A stretch of 64,000 nt of DNA from Candidatus Krumholzibacteriia bacterium. Lineage in GTDB: Bacteria > Krumholzibacteriota > Krumholzibacteriia > Krumholzibacteriales > Krumholzibacteriaceae. Position numbers and translations under genes: made by a program. Below the pieces are notes generated by a model. The model was not told the origin of the DNA. It did not search any database and saw only the letters and a program-made list of their open reading frames with translations. The DNA lies in contig JALOPX010000001.1 in NCBI GenBank assembly GCA_025453655.1, positions 1,376-65,375 on the forward strand, in the 5' to 3' direction. Position 1 is the first letter of the stretch; each line of letters begins with the position of its first letter. Positions 8,361 through 18,057 of this stretch are shown piece by piece.

Positions 8361-10505
8361 TTAAAAACTCAGTTCGAGGTTCATGTTTACCTCCCAGTAC
8401 TGCTTCCTGTCCTCCGACAGGTAGGGAGCGAACTTCTTCACGTATGCGACATCCAGATCGATCTTCCCCGAATCGGTCAGCTTTCGCGACCTCTCGAACC
8501 CGGTCCTGAGGTCCCCCGAATCGGAGCCCGAGGAACCGACGACCCGCCTCTCCCCGTCCACCATGCCGAGGGTGTTGTTCTTCTGCGTCTTGTAGGTCGT
8601 CCGCACGAATAAGATCATGTCCTTGACCGGATTGTACTCGCAGTACATCCTCATCCTGTGCTCGAAATTCTCGTTGGTGCGGCCGTAGAGTTTTTCCCCG
8701 CCCGATTTCTGAAGGTAACTTCCCGTGTCCTTCATCTGGTAGCCGTGGCTGAGGGTGAGTTTCATCCGTTTATAGATCCTGAACGCCGCGTCCGTCTCGA
8801 GGGTCGTGTTCCTGTCGAGGTAGTTGCGGTCCGTGTTGAACGTGTATTCGGTGTAGTCGAACTTCATCTCGTATTTCTGCGAGAGTGTAATCCACGGCAC
8901 CGGGTCGAAGCTCAGCTTCGGGGAGAGGAGGTACTGGAAATTTGTCCTGTTGTCGTCGGAGAGCGAGGCGTCGATATTGACCGTCTCCGACTTCAGGGTC
9001 GAGAAGATGATGTCGGTCTTTATCCTCTTGAAGAGGTACCCGTTTAGCTTGCAGTCGAGGGAGGAGTTGAGGTAGTCGACGTCCCGCGGGTTCTGCTCCC
9101 TCTTCTTGAAAAATTTCTGCTTCAGGGACGTTGACGCCGTGACGGTGACGTACAGGGAATCGTGGATCGTCTGGGAGACTGTCCCGCTCAGGGAGTAATC
9201 CTTCGTCCTGTAGCTGGCGATCGAGGTCGGCCCGAGCTCGGTGTCGCTTTCGGCGCGCTTGAGATTCACGCTGAAGGTTCCCCGTTTGCTATATTTGAAG
9301 GAGACCGCGGCGCCCATCTCCTTGTTCTCGTATTCCTTGTTGCGCCTGTCCTCTATCATGAACCTCTCGTCGGAATAATCGCGGTTGAAGGTCAGGTCCA
9401 CCTGGATCCGGTCGGTGATCGAAGCGGAGGAGGCGAGCTTCAGCGTCTCGCCTTTGTTTTCATTTCTCTCCTGGTAGGCGGACTCGGGGTCGTCGAGGAT
9501 CTCCATCGAGTTCCCGTAGGGGGGCTGAATCTCCCTGATCGTCCCCATCTCCCTGCTGTAGCTGACGTCGAGGAGTTTCTTCTCCTCCGGCTTCCCGACG
9601 GCGAACCTCGCCTTCATCGTGTCGCTGTGGCTCGGCATCCAGTCGAACACGATGTACGACACGCTGCTCTCCTCCCGTCTGAAATTCGTCCCGATCCCGG
9701 CGCTCGCACTGACCATCTCGCCGAAGGAGTAATTGAAGTGCCCTCCCGCGTCGGCCTTCGCCGTAGTGTTGTACTTGAAATCCTGCTTTCCCCTCGATCC
9801 CTCGGCGGCGGCGTAGACCTGCGACTTCGACGCCCCGAGGATCGGTCTTGTGAGGGTGAAATTGAATCCCGCCGACTCCTTGTTGAAGACGATCTCCTTG
9901 CCGTACCTCGCCAGGGCGAGGCTCATCTGTTTGTTGTAGGTCTCGGCCAGCATGATATTCAGCATGTACCGGCCGGGGTCGATCTTCGCGGCCGAATTGG
10001 TGAACGACTCGATGATCACGTCCATGTCCCTTCCCCTGTAGCTCTTCTTCCCCACGCTCAGGTTGGAGTTGATCGCCCACCCGTCGCCGGTCAGATAGCT
10101 CATCCCGAACCCGGTCTCCGCGTACTTGTCGCTCTCCGTGAATGCGATTTTGGACCTGCTGGTGAAGGTCAGGTCGCCGACAGCAAGGGGGGCGGCAGGA
10201 ACTATCGCGGAGTCGGCCGGGGTGCCTGAGGAATCGGCCCGTGCCGCGGTCGAGTCGGAGAGGGTATCCGCGCCTTCGGCCGGGGCCGGGGGCCCTGCTT
10301 GCCCCGTTCCCGCCGGGGCCGGCTGCGGGGCAACATTGGGTGACGGCGAATTCGCTGCGGCGCCCGCCGAGCTCCCCGGCGCCGCTTCGGCCAGGACGGC
10401 CGGAGCCGCGACGAGAAGCATCAGCGCCGCGAGGAGCGCCGCCGCGCAAAGCGCGGGCGCCATCCGCCTCGCGAACCCAGTCGATATGCCGCGAAATCCC
10501 TTCAT
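8361..10505 (-). CDS. Large (714 aa) outer-membrane beta-barrel protein with an Ala/Pro/Gly-rich N-terminal linker
   Basis: Signal peptide (MAPALCAAALLAALMLLVAAPAVLA), then ~90 aa of low complexity (AAANSPSPNVAPQPAPAGTGQAGPPAPA). Then ~550 aa of alternating beta-strand pattern rich in Y/T/S/N/D, ending in ..NLELSF. Confidence 0.55.
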   Translation of the reverse strand: MKGFRGISTGFARRMAPALCAAALLAALMLLVAAPAVLAEAAPGSSAGAAANSPSPNVAPQPAPAGTGQAGPPAPAEGADTLSDSTAARADSSGTPADSAIVPAAPLAVGDLTFTSRSKIAFTESDKYAETGFGMSYLTGDGWAINSNLSVGKKSYRGRDMDVIIESFTNSAAKIDPGRYMLNIMLAETYNKQMSLALARYGKEIVFNKESAGFNFTLTRPILGASKSQVYAAAEGSRGKQDFKYNTTAKADAGGHFNYSFGEMVSASAGIGTNFRREESSVSYIVFDWMPSHSDTMKARFAVGKPEEKKLLDVSYSREMGTIREIQPPYGNSMEILDDPESAYQERNENKGETLKLASSASITDRIQVDLTFNRDYSDERFMIEDRRNKEYENKEMGAAVSFKYSKRGTFSVNLKRAESDTELGPTSIASYRTKDYSLSGTVSQTIHDSLYVTVTASTSLKQKFFKKREQNPRDVDYLNSSLDCKLNGYLFKRIKTDIIFSTLKSETVNIDASLSDDNRTNFQYLLSPKLSFDPVPWITLSQKYEMKFDYTEYTFNTDRNYLDRNTTLETDAAFRIYKRMKLTLSHGYQMKDTGSYLQKSGGEKLYGRTNENFEHRMRMYCEYNPVKDMILFVRTTYKTQKNNTLGMVDGERRVVGSSGSDSGDLRTGFERSRKLTDSGKIDLDVAYVKKFAPYLSEDRKQYWEVNMNLELSF

Positions 10506-10581
10506 CCTTCTTTTATCCTGCGCGGGAAGAGGGCCCGGGCCGCGACTGTTCCGTTCGCGCCATCCCTTCTCGCCGCTGAAC

Positions 10582-11433
10582 TCATTCCTTTATATCGCCG
10601 GGCCGCCCGAGCTGCTCGAACAGCCTGAACCATTCGTCGAGCCCGAGTTCCTCGGGCCTCTTCCCCGCGTCGACCCGCGCCGCGGCGAAGGCCTTCTCCG
10701 CGGCCTCCCGCCCGCCGGGGACGCCGACGTGACGGCCGGGACCGTCGCCGGAGCGAAAAACGTTGAGCAGCTTTTTCCGCCGCTGCGAAAAACCTTTTTT
10801 AACGAAGGCCAGGAACTCGCCGGGCTTCGCGGGGGCGCCGTCCTTCCTGCCGGGCCGGAATTCCAGGACGACGCTGTCCACCTTCGGCGGCGGCATGAAG
10901 GACCCCGCCTTAACCTTCGCCACCTCGGATATCCCGAGGTAGGCCTGCATAAAGACCGACAGGATACCACAATTCCTCTCGCCGGGCGAGGCCAGAATCC
11001 GTTCGCCGACCTCCTTCTGGACCATTATCACCGCTCCGTCGCAGCCCGCCGAGAAGGGAAGCTTCAGAAGTATGGTGCTGGTAAGAAGATACGGGATGTT
11101 GCCGGCGACCCTGTACCTTCGCCACCCCCTCTTCCCCGCCTCGGCGTCGAAGTCGACCTCCCTGATATCCGCCTCCACTATATCGACTTGCGGCCATCCG
11201 GCGCACGCTTCCCTGAGGAGCGCCGCCAGATCCCGGTCTATCTCGAACGCAGCAATTCTCGCGCCTTTTTCGGCGAGGGGGATCGTCAGCGCCCCCTTCC
11301 CCGGCCCTATCTCGAATATCGGCAGCCCCTCCCCGGGGCGCAGCGCCTCCACGATCTTCCTTATCGCCCCTTCCGAGACGAGGAAGTTCTGCCCGAGGCT
11401 CTTCCTGGCCCTCCCCGCCTGGAACTCCTTCAT
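10582..11433 (-). CDS. rsmA: 16S rRNA (adenine1518/1519-N6)-dimethyltransferase
   Basis: LGQNFL motif and a SAM-binding EIGPGKGALT segment. Start set at MKEFQ; the track ORF extends 52 codons upstream through Arg/Gly-rich sequence. Confidence 0.85.
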   Translation of the reverse strand: MKEFQAGRARKSLGQNFLVSEGAIRKIVEALRPGEGLPIFEIGPGKGALTIPLAEKGARIAAFEIDRDLAALLREACAGWPQVDIVEADIREVDFDAEAGKRGWRRYRVAGNIPYLLTSTILLKLPFSAGCDGAVIMVQKEVGERILASPGERNCGILSVFMQAYLGISEVAKVKAGSFMPPPKVDSVVLEFRPGRKDGAPAKPGEFLAFVKKGFSQRRKKLLNVFRSGDGPGRHVGVPGGREAAEKAFAAARVDAGKRPEELGLDEWFRLFEQLGRPGDIKE

Positions 11434-11751
11434 CGGTCGATCCTCCACCTGCGGGCCCTCCGGCAATTGAGGCCGCGCGGGCCGCTGTCCTCCCGGGACC
11501 GGTACCACTCGGGCGCTTCGCCCGCCCCCCGCCTTTGACACGCGGGCCGCATGATATCGCAATCCGCCACAAGGCAACAATATATACAATTCTTCGTCTA
11601 ATGTCCCGGTTGATTCCCGGATAGATAGCAGTAGGTTCTGTCGGTTCCTGCCTTCAGGGGAAGGTTCTTCGCTGATTGCTATAGATAATAACAGTTTTAT
11701 CCTTACAATTCAACAGGAGACGGCTCCCGCGTTTGCGCGCAACTCCCGGCA

Positions 11752-13140
11752 TTATCCGGAAGCCCCGGTGAAGTGGTACTTTCTCGCCCGGAACCGCGCG
11801 CCCGGGATGCTCTCGACGAGACGCCTCGCCGCCTCGATGTCGACGCCGGGGTAGTCGACAGCCGTGACCATGCATTCCATCCTCGAGGCGGCCGCCCTCC
11901 TTATGAAATCGAGGACCGCGTCGAAGGCCTTCTCCCCGGCGTCGGGCCTGCATATCGCCGTGTATGTGCCGCGGTCCGGGGCGTTGAGGCTTATCGACAC
12001 CCTGCTGAAACGCTCCTCGAGCTCGGGCACGATGTCCCTGCGGTTTATCATGTTCCCGTGGCCGTTCGTGTTTAGCCTGAGAGGGAGGCCGTGCCCCCGG
12101 AGCGCGTCGGCGGTCTCCTTTATAGCCTTCAGCCTCGCCGTCGGCTCGCCGTACCCGCAGAAAACGATCTCCTCGAATCGACCCGGGGCGAGAATCCCGT
12201 TCACCGCCGCGACCATCCGGTCGACCGGCGGATCGACGACGAGGTTGAGGTTGTACCCGTAAAGCTGGTTGTTCGACCGGAGCCTCGCGCAGAAGACGCA
12301 GTCGTTCGTGCAGCTCGCCGTGACGTTCAGATAGACGCTCTTCCTGAGGCCGTAGGCGACGCTGACCGGGCGCTCCTTCTCCCCGTGGAGCAGCGACATG
12401 TAGTTGTCGCTCGAGGCGCGCTCGATGTCGGCCGCGGCGACGCCGCGAAGCTCCGCGAGGCGCTCCGCCACGATGGCGACGTAGGCCGGCTCGTTGCGCT
12501 TCCCCCTGTGCGGTTCGGGCGGGAGGTAGGGGCAGTCGGTCTCGAGAACGAAGGCGCTGGAGGGGAGCCGCGTCGCGACGCCGGGAAGGGACGAATTTCT
12601 ATACGTGAGCGTGCCGCCGATCCCGATGAGGAACCCGAGATCGAGAACCTTCTCCGCCTCGCGGTCCCCGCCCGAGAAGGCGTGGAAGATCCCGCCGGTC
12701 TCCCGGGCCCCCTCCTCGTTCAGTATCCTTATGACATCGTCGAAGGCCTCGCGGCAATGGACCACGATCGGTTTTTTGAACCTCAGGGCGAGGCCGATCT
12801 GCTTTCTGAAAACCTCGCGCTGCGTGTCGCGCGGGGAGAGGTCGCGGTAGTAATCGAGACCGATCTCGCCGTACGCGATGACCTTTCTTCTGAGAAGGAG
12901 CTGCTTGATCTTCTCCTCGAGATCCGCGTTCCAGTCGGTGGCGTTGTGCGGGTGGATGCCGAGCGCCGCGTATATCGTGGGATATTCGTCGACGAGGGCG
13001 AGGGTCCCCTCGATCGATTCGGGATCGTATCCGACGTTCAGCATCTCGCCGATGCCGGCGAGGGAGGCGCGCTCGATGACTGCGGGAAGGTCCGCGTCGA
13101 ACTGCGTCATGTTCAGGTGCGCGTGAGAATCGACAAGCAT
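11752..13140 (-). CDS. Fusion: TatD-family metal-dependent hydrolase (N, ~260 aa) plus TatD-associated radical SAM domain (C, ~200 aa)
   Basis: N-terminus has TatD motifs (MLVDSHAHLN, ..GEIGLDYY.., ..HCREAF..). C-terminus has a CTNDCVFC (CX3CX2C) radical SAM cluster motif and a glycine-rich SAM site (FCGYGEP). Confidence 0.8.
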   Translation of the reverse strand: MLVDSHAHLNMTQFDADLPAVIERASLAGIGEMLNVGYDPESIEGTLALVDEYPTIYAALGIHPHNATDWNADLEEKIKQLLLRRKVIAYGEIGLDYYRDLSPRDTQREVFRKQIGLALRFKKPIVVHCREAFDDVIRILNEEGARETGGIFHAFSGGDREAEKVLDLGFLIGIGGTLTYRNSSLPGVATRLPSSAFVLETDCPYLPPEPHRGKRNEPAYVAIVAERLAELRGVAAADIERASSDNYMSLLHGEKERPVSVAYGLRKSVYLNVTASCTNDCVFCARLRSNNQLYGYNLNLVVDPPVDRMVAAVNGILAPGRFEEIVFCGYGEPTARLKAIKETADALRGHGLPLRLNTNGHGNMINRRDIVPELEERFSRVSISLNAPDRGTYTAICRPDAGEKAFDAVLDFIRRAAASRMECMVTAVDYPGVDIEAARRLVESIPGARFRARKYHFTGASG

Positions 13141-13146
13141 GCGGGA

Positions 13147-14685
13147 TCAGTCCTTGAAGATGTCCTCGGGTTTTTCCTGTATCCTCGGGAAGAGGGGCTC
13201 GGGCGGCCTCAGGCCGTCCGCTCCGGACGGCGCCGCGAGGAGCTCGTCGATCCCCGTCCCCCCGCCGCCGAGCTGCGACGCCATGTCGTTCATCTTTCCC
13301 GGCATGAAGGGCAGAAGAGCCGCGGCGGATACCCTCAGGACCATCAGCAGCTCCCTGAAGACCGCCTTGAGCTTCTCCCTGTTCGCCTCGTCCTTCGCGA
13401 GCGTCCACGGGGCCTTTTCCTCGATGAACCTGTTCGCCCCCTGGACGATCGTCCACCATGATCCGAGCGCCCGCGAGAATTCCATCCTCTCCATCGATTC
13501 CCTGTACCCGGCGAGCGCCTCGGTCAGCGCGCCGTGAAGCTCGCACCCCGAATCGAAGGGGGCCGGCTCGATCGTGCCGCCGAGATACTTGACGATCATC
13601 GCTACGGTGCGGCTGAAGAGATTCCCCAGCTCGTTCGCGAGATCGGAGTTGTACCTCGCCACCAGGGTCTCGACGGAGATGTCCCCGTCCTTGTCGAAGG
13701 GGACCTCCTTCAGGAGAAGGTATCGCAGCCCGTCGGCCCCGAAGATCCCGGCCATCTTGTCGGGATCGAGGATGTTCCCCCTGCTCTTGCTCATCTTCTC
13801 CCCGCCGAGCGAGATGAAGCCGTGGGCGAAGACGCTGCGGGGCGGCGCGACCCCGGCGGCCATCAGCATCGAGGGCCAGATGACGCAGTGGAAACGCGTT
13901 ATGTCCTTGCCGATGACGTGGCAGTCGGCGGGCCAGTACCTGTCGAAAAGCTCCGTGTCATCCCCGCCGTAGCCGAGGGCGGAGATATAATTGGTAAGCG
14001 CGTCGAACCAGACGTAGACGACGTGCCGCGGGTCTATCGGCAGCGGGATTCCCCAGTCGACCCCCGCCCTCGATATCGAGACGTCCTGCAGCCCGCCCTT
14101 TATCAGGCTGACGATCTCGTTCTCCCTCGTCTTCGGGCGGATGAACCCGGGATTCGACCGGATGTGGTCGAGGAGCTTATCTTCGAATTTCGAGAGGGCG
14201 AAGAACCAGTTCTCCTCGCTTATCCTTTTCGGAGGCGCCTTGTGCCGGGGGCAGAGCCCGTCGACGAGGTCCTTCTCGCTGATGAACTCCTCGCACGATT
14301 CGCAGTAGAGCCCCTCGTACTTTCCCTTATATATGTACCCGTTCTCGTGGATCTTCCCGAAAAGGGCGGTCACCGCCTTCAGGTGGCGCTCCTCGGTCGT
14401 GTGAATGAAGTCGTCGTAGGAGATGCCCAGGGACTTCCACGTGCCGGTGAAGACATCCGACATGCTCCTGCAGTAGTCGAGCGGGGCGAGCCCCCTCTTC
14501 TCGGCCTCGCGCTTCACGTTGGTGCTGTGCTCGTCATTCCCCATCAGGAAACGGGTGTCGTACCCGGCGAGCCTCATATACCTCGCCATGCAGTCGGCGC
14601 CTATCTTCTCGTAGGCCGTTCCGAGGTGCGGCTTCTGGTTGACGTAATCTATCGCCGTCGTTATGTAGAATCTTTTCCTCTCCAT
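13147..14685 (-). CDS. metG: Methionyl-tRNA synthetase (core, lacking the C-terminal tRNA-binding extension)
   Basis: Class I aaRS HIGH-type motif (AIDYVNQKPHLGTAYE), Zn knuckle CESCEEF..CPRH and KMSKS. Start set at MERKRFYIT; the track ORF is over-extended by 143 codons. Confidence 0.9.
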   Translation of the reverse strand: MERKRFYITTAIDYVNQKPHLGTAYEKIGADCMARYMRLAGYDTRFLMGNDEHSTNVKREAEKRGLAPLDYCRSMSDVFTGTWKSLGISYDDFIHTTEERHLKAVTALFGKIHENGYIYKGKYEGLYCESCEEFISEKDLVDGLCPRHKAPPKRISEENWFFALSKFEDKLLDHIRSNPGFIRPKTRENEIVSLIKGGLQDVSISRAGVDWGIPLPIDPRHVVYVWFDALTNYISALGYGGDDTELFDRYWPADCHVIGKDITRFHCVIWPSMLMAAGVAPPRSVFAHGFISLGGEKMSKSRGNILDPDKMAGIFGADGLRYLLLKEVPFDKDGDISVETLVARYNSDLANELGNLFSRTVAMIVKYLGGTIEPAPFDSGCELHGALTEALAGYRESMERMEFSRALGSWWTIVQGANRFIEEKAPWTLAKDEANREKLKAVFRELLMVLRVSAAALLPFMPGKMNDMASQLGGGGTGIDELLAAPSGADGLRPPEPLFPRIQEKPEDIFKD

Positions 14686-14705
14686 CCTTTTCCCCGGCCG
14701 TCCTT

Positions 14706-15587
14706 TCACTCCTCTTCCTCGTCTATGAAATCCTTCAGAAGCTCCTCCTCGTCGACCTCCTCCTCGTCCGCCGCGGAGACCACCTGGCACGCCCCGATCT
14801 CCTCCTTGAACTTCCTCAGCGGGATCTCGATATAATTCCCGTCCTCGTCGCTCAGCAGGACCGAGTCCTCGAAGAGATTCAGCTTTTCCACGCGGTGCTG
14901 CCCGCCGAAACATTTGATCTTGCTCCCGAGCTTGGGCACGCCGCGCATCAGCTCCTTGTAGTCGCAGAGCTCGTACGCGAGGCAGCACATCAGCCTGCCG
15001 CACGCCCCCGAGATCTTCGACGGGGTGAGCGGGAGATTCTGGTCCTTCGCCATCTTGAGGGTCACCGGCTCGAAGTCCTTGAGGAAGGTCGAGCAGCAGA
15101 GGCGCCGCCCGCACATCCCCATCCCGTCGAACCGCCGCGCCTCGTCCCTGACGCCGATCTGCCTCAGGTCTATCCTCGTCCGGAATATGCTCGCGAGGTC
15201 CTTGACGAGCGCCCTGAAATCTATCCTCCCGTCGGAGGTGAAGTAGAATGTTATCTTGTTGCCGTCGTACTGGTATTCCACGTCGACGAGCTTCATCTGG
15301 AGCTTGTGCTCGGCCGCCTTCTCCTGGCAGGTCGCGAGGGCGGACTTCTCCTTGACCCTGATCTCCCCCATCGCGGCGAGGTCCTTGTCGGTCGCGTGCC
15401 TCAGGACCTCCTTCGAGTTGGACGGGACGTCCCTGTCGTCGACCTGCGCGAGCGAGATGATCAGCCCCATGTCCTCGCCACGGTCGGCCTGGACGATGCA
15501 GTAATTGCCCGTTTTAAGGTAAAGAGCGCGGGAATTCCTGAAGATTTCCTTCCTCTGCGCCTTGAATTGGATTTCAGCTATTTCCAT
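14706..15587 (-). CDS. PSP1 C-terminal-domain protein (YaaT/RicT-like)
   Basis: PSP1 domain with a conserved Cys cluster (MCGRRLCC...CGRLMCC) and an acidic C-terminal tail. Conserved position between holB and metG. Confidence 0.75.
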   Translation of the reverse strand: MEIAEIQFKAQRKEIFRNSRALYLKTGNYCIVQADRGEDMGLIISLAQVDDRDVPSNSKEVLRHATDKDLAAMGEIRVKEKSALATCQEKAAEHKLQMKLVDVEYQYDGNKITFYFTSDGRIDFRALVKDLASIFRTRIDLRQIGVRDEARRFDGMGMCGRRLCCSTFLKDFEPVTLKMAKDQNLPLTPSKISGACGRLMCCLAYELCDYKELMRGVPKLGSKIKCFGGQHRVEKLNLFEDSVLLSDEDGNYIEIPLRKFKEEIGACQVVSAADEEEVDEEELLKDFIDEEEE

Positions 15588-15706
15588 ATCGCGGTGACAC
15601 CCCGATTCAGAGTTGGATCGCCCGTTTCATTGTGAAACAAGGCGGCTGGAATCTCCCGCCACGGGGGACATTCCATGATATTCGCCATATCTTGCGTCGA
15701 ATCAAT

Positions 15707-16849
15707 CTAATACCACTTCCCCGCCAAATCAAGCAGGAGTTGAACGAGGGTCAGTTCCAGGTCGACGTTGCGGGAGAGGTTCCTCGAAGAGGCCTCGATC
15801 TTCCTGATGTCCCGCGGCAGGTCGCGTTCCGCGGCGGCGGCGAGCGCTTCCGCCCCGAGCTCCTTCCCGAGCTCCGAGCGCCTCTGCGGCCCGAGCCGCC
15901 CCTCCCGGTCCAGCATCGCCGCGCGCATCAGGAAAACCATTTCCTCCATAAGCCGCGCCGTCTCCTCCCTCGTGTATTCCCTGGCGGCCGCCTCGGCCTC
16001 CGCGGGGAGCCGCGCGGCCTTTCCCGCGAGGACCAGCTTCAGCATCGATGCGGCGTCGGCCCTGATGCCGAGGTAGCGGGGGTCGAGAAGCCTTATCCCC
16101 CTTCTTATGTTCCCCTGCGCGATCGCGGCGAGCCTCGCCGCCTCCCTTTCCTCCACCGAGTAAAAGAGGGAGAGAAATTCCCCTGTCGCCTCGTCGGGGA
16201 GGGCGTCGAAACGGATCTCGTGGCATCTCGACCTGATCGTCGGAAGAAGCCTGTCGGGATGGTCGGTCGCGAGGATCAGCACGGTCGAGGGCGGCGGCTC
16301 CTCGAGGAGCTTAAGGAAGGCGTTCTGCGCCTCGACGGTCGCGAGGTGCGCCTCGGGCAGCATGGCGACGGAACGCTTCCCTTCGAAAGGCTGCTTTGAA
16401 GCCTCCCTGATCATCTCCCTGACCTGGTCGATCCCGATGCTTCGCGCCTTCCCCTCGAACTCGCCGGAGGCCATGAAATCGGCACGCCGGCTCTCGATTA
16501 TCTCCGGAACCGTTTTTTCCATCGGGCCCGACGGGAGGGGATAGACGATATGAATGTCGGGGTGCTCGAGCCTGCCGATCTTATCGCATGCCTGGCAGAC
16601 GGCCGCGCCTCGCGAATCGGGCGTCGCGGACGCCCCGCACGTGCCGGGCGCTTCGCAGTTGAGCCTCGCCGCCGTCCACATTGCTGCGAGCTCCTTCCCG
16701 GCCCCCTCGGGGCCGGTGAAGAGAAGGGAGGCGGGGAGTTTGCCGGCGGCGAGCATCGCGCCGGCCAGCCCCGCCACGCGGGGCTGCCCCTTCATTACGA
16801 GCGCCGCTGCCGCGAGGATGTCTATTACAGCCCTCCGTTCAAAAGCCAC
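15707..16849 (-). CDS. holB: DNA polymerase III delta-prime subunit
   Basis: AAA+ P-loop LLFTGPEGAGK and a Zn module CEAPGTCGASATPDSRGAAVCQAC. An alternative start at 16795 (MKGQPRV) would remove the 25-nt overlap with envC. Confidence 0.75.
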   Translation of the reverse strand: MAFERRAVIDILAAAALVMKGQPRVAGLAGAMLAAGKLPASLLFTGPEGAGKELAAMWTAARLNCEAPGTCGASATPDSRGAAVCQACDKIGRLEHPDIHIVYPLPSGPMEKTVPEIIESRRADFMASGEFEGKARSIGIDQVREMIREASKQPFEGKRSVAMLPEAHLATVEAQNAFLKLLEEPPPSTVLILATDHPDRLLPTIRSRCHEIRFDALPDEATGEFLSLFYSVEEREAARLAAIAQGNIRRGIRLLDPRYLGIRADAASMLKLVLAGKAARLPAEAEAAAREYTREETARLMEEMVFLMRAAMLDREGRLGPQRRSELGKELGAEALAAAAERDLPRDIRKIEASSRNLSRNVDLELTLVQLLLDLAGKWY

Positions 16850-18033
16850 TGCGCGGGATCGAGGGCCTTTTTCGACTGCCTTACCTCGAAATGGAGCATG
16901 CCGCCGCTCCCGTCGGCCGCCTCGCCCGCTTCCGCTATGAGATTCCCGTGCTCGACCTGCGCCCCCTGCTCGACGAAGACGCGCGAGGCGTGAGCGTAAA
17001 GGGTGTAATACCCCTCGCCGTGATTGATGATGATGCAGTTCCCGTATCCGGGAAGCTCGCCGGAAAATTCCACCCTGCCCCTCGCCACCGCCCGCACCGG
17101 CTCTCCGGGGCGCGTCTTTATGTCTATCCCCGTGTTATAGGTCACGGTGCCGTACTCCGGGTGCTTGAAGCTCCCGAATTTCCTCGACACAGATCCGTCG
17201 ACCGGCTTGGACATCCTCCCCCTGAGCGACGCGAAGTCCCCCTCCCCGTAATCGCCCCAGGCCCCGGGCCGTTCCTTCCTCGCCTTCTCCATCTCCCCAA
17301 TGATGTCCTGCAGTTTCTTTTCCGCGGCGGCCAGCTCTTCGACGCGCTTCTCGTACTTTTTCCTGTCCGACTTGACGCCTTCCAGCGCCTTTCTCCTCTT
17401 GCGCTCGTTCTCCGTCAGCTTCCCGAGCTCCCTTTCCTTCTCGCTTTTCGATATGGTGACCTCGTGAAGGACCTCCGTTATCCCGGCTTCCTGCTTTTCC
17501 ACGATCAGCTTGCGCTCCCTGATGTCCTCGACGAGCCCCGCGTCCCTCTCGGCGATGAGGGCGAGGAACTTGTACCTCTGGAGAAGGTCGGAGAAATTTT
17601 CGGCGTCGAGAAGCTCCATCCATTCCTGCCTCGAGCCGTTCTTGTACATCTCCCTGAGGCGTTTCGAGAGGATCTCCATCCTCCGTGCGTATTCGGCCTC
17701 GCTCGCCGAAAGCTCCGACCTCAGCTCCGAGACCTGCTGCTCGAGCATCCCCTTCTTCTCGTCGAGCCCCCCGAGGAGCCTCTTCGTCAGGCGTTCCTCG
17801 TCCTCGAGCTTCCTCAGGTAATCGGACTCCACCTTTTCCTTCTTCTCGAGGTCCTTTATCTTTTTCCTCTGTTCCTCGATCTGCCTGCGAAGGTCGTTGA
17901 GCTCGCTTTCCTTTTTGGAGATCTTCTCGTTGATTTTGGTGTCGTCCTCCTCCTGGGCGGGCGAGCGCCCGGCCGCCCCCGTGAGGGCGAGGAGAAGAAA
18001 GGCGGTTATCGCTGTCCTGACGCTGTTTCTCAT
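16825..18033 (-). CDS. envC: Murein hydrolase activator EnvC-like (coiled coil plus degenerate/active M23 domain)
   Basis: Signal peptide, ~250 aa of coiled coil (KK/EE heptads) and a C-terminal LytM/M23 domain (GIDIKTRPGEPVRAVARGRV...YYTLYAHAS..). Lies directly downstream of ftsEX. Confidence 0.8.
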   Translation of the reverse strand: MRNSVRTAITAFLLLALTGAAGRSPAQEEDDTKINEKISKKESELNDLRRQIEEQRKKIKDLEKKEKVESDYLRKLEDEERLTKRLLGGLDEKKGMLEQQVSELRSELSASEAEYARRMEILSKRLREMYKNGSRQEWMELLDAENFSDLLQRYKFLALIAERDAGLVEDIRERKLIVEKQEAGITEVLHEVTISKSEKERELGKLTENERKRRKALEGVKSDRKKYEKRVEELAAAEKKLQDIIGEMEKARKERPGAWGDYGEGDFASLRGRMSKPVDGSVSRKFGSFKHPEYGTVTYNTGIDIKTRPGEPVRAVARGRVEFSGELPGYGNCIIINHGEGYYTLYAHASRVFVEQGAQVEHGNLIAEAGEAADGSGGMLHFEVRQSKKALDPAQWLLNGGL

Positions 18034-18057
18034 TGTTCTTCGTTCCGGCCGGCGCGA

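Noticed and set aside
9162-11572. Long ORFs (for example 9162..10229 +, 9460..10449 -, 10126..11538 +, 10910..11572 -) overlapping the large OMP and rsmA
   Set aside because: Same reason: opposite-strand or alternate-frame artefacts with low-complexity Arg/Gly/Pro composition and no SD or signal features.
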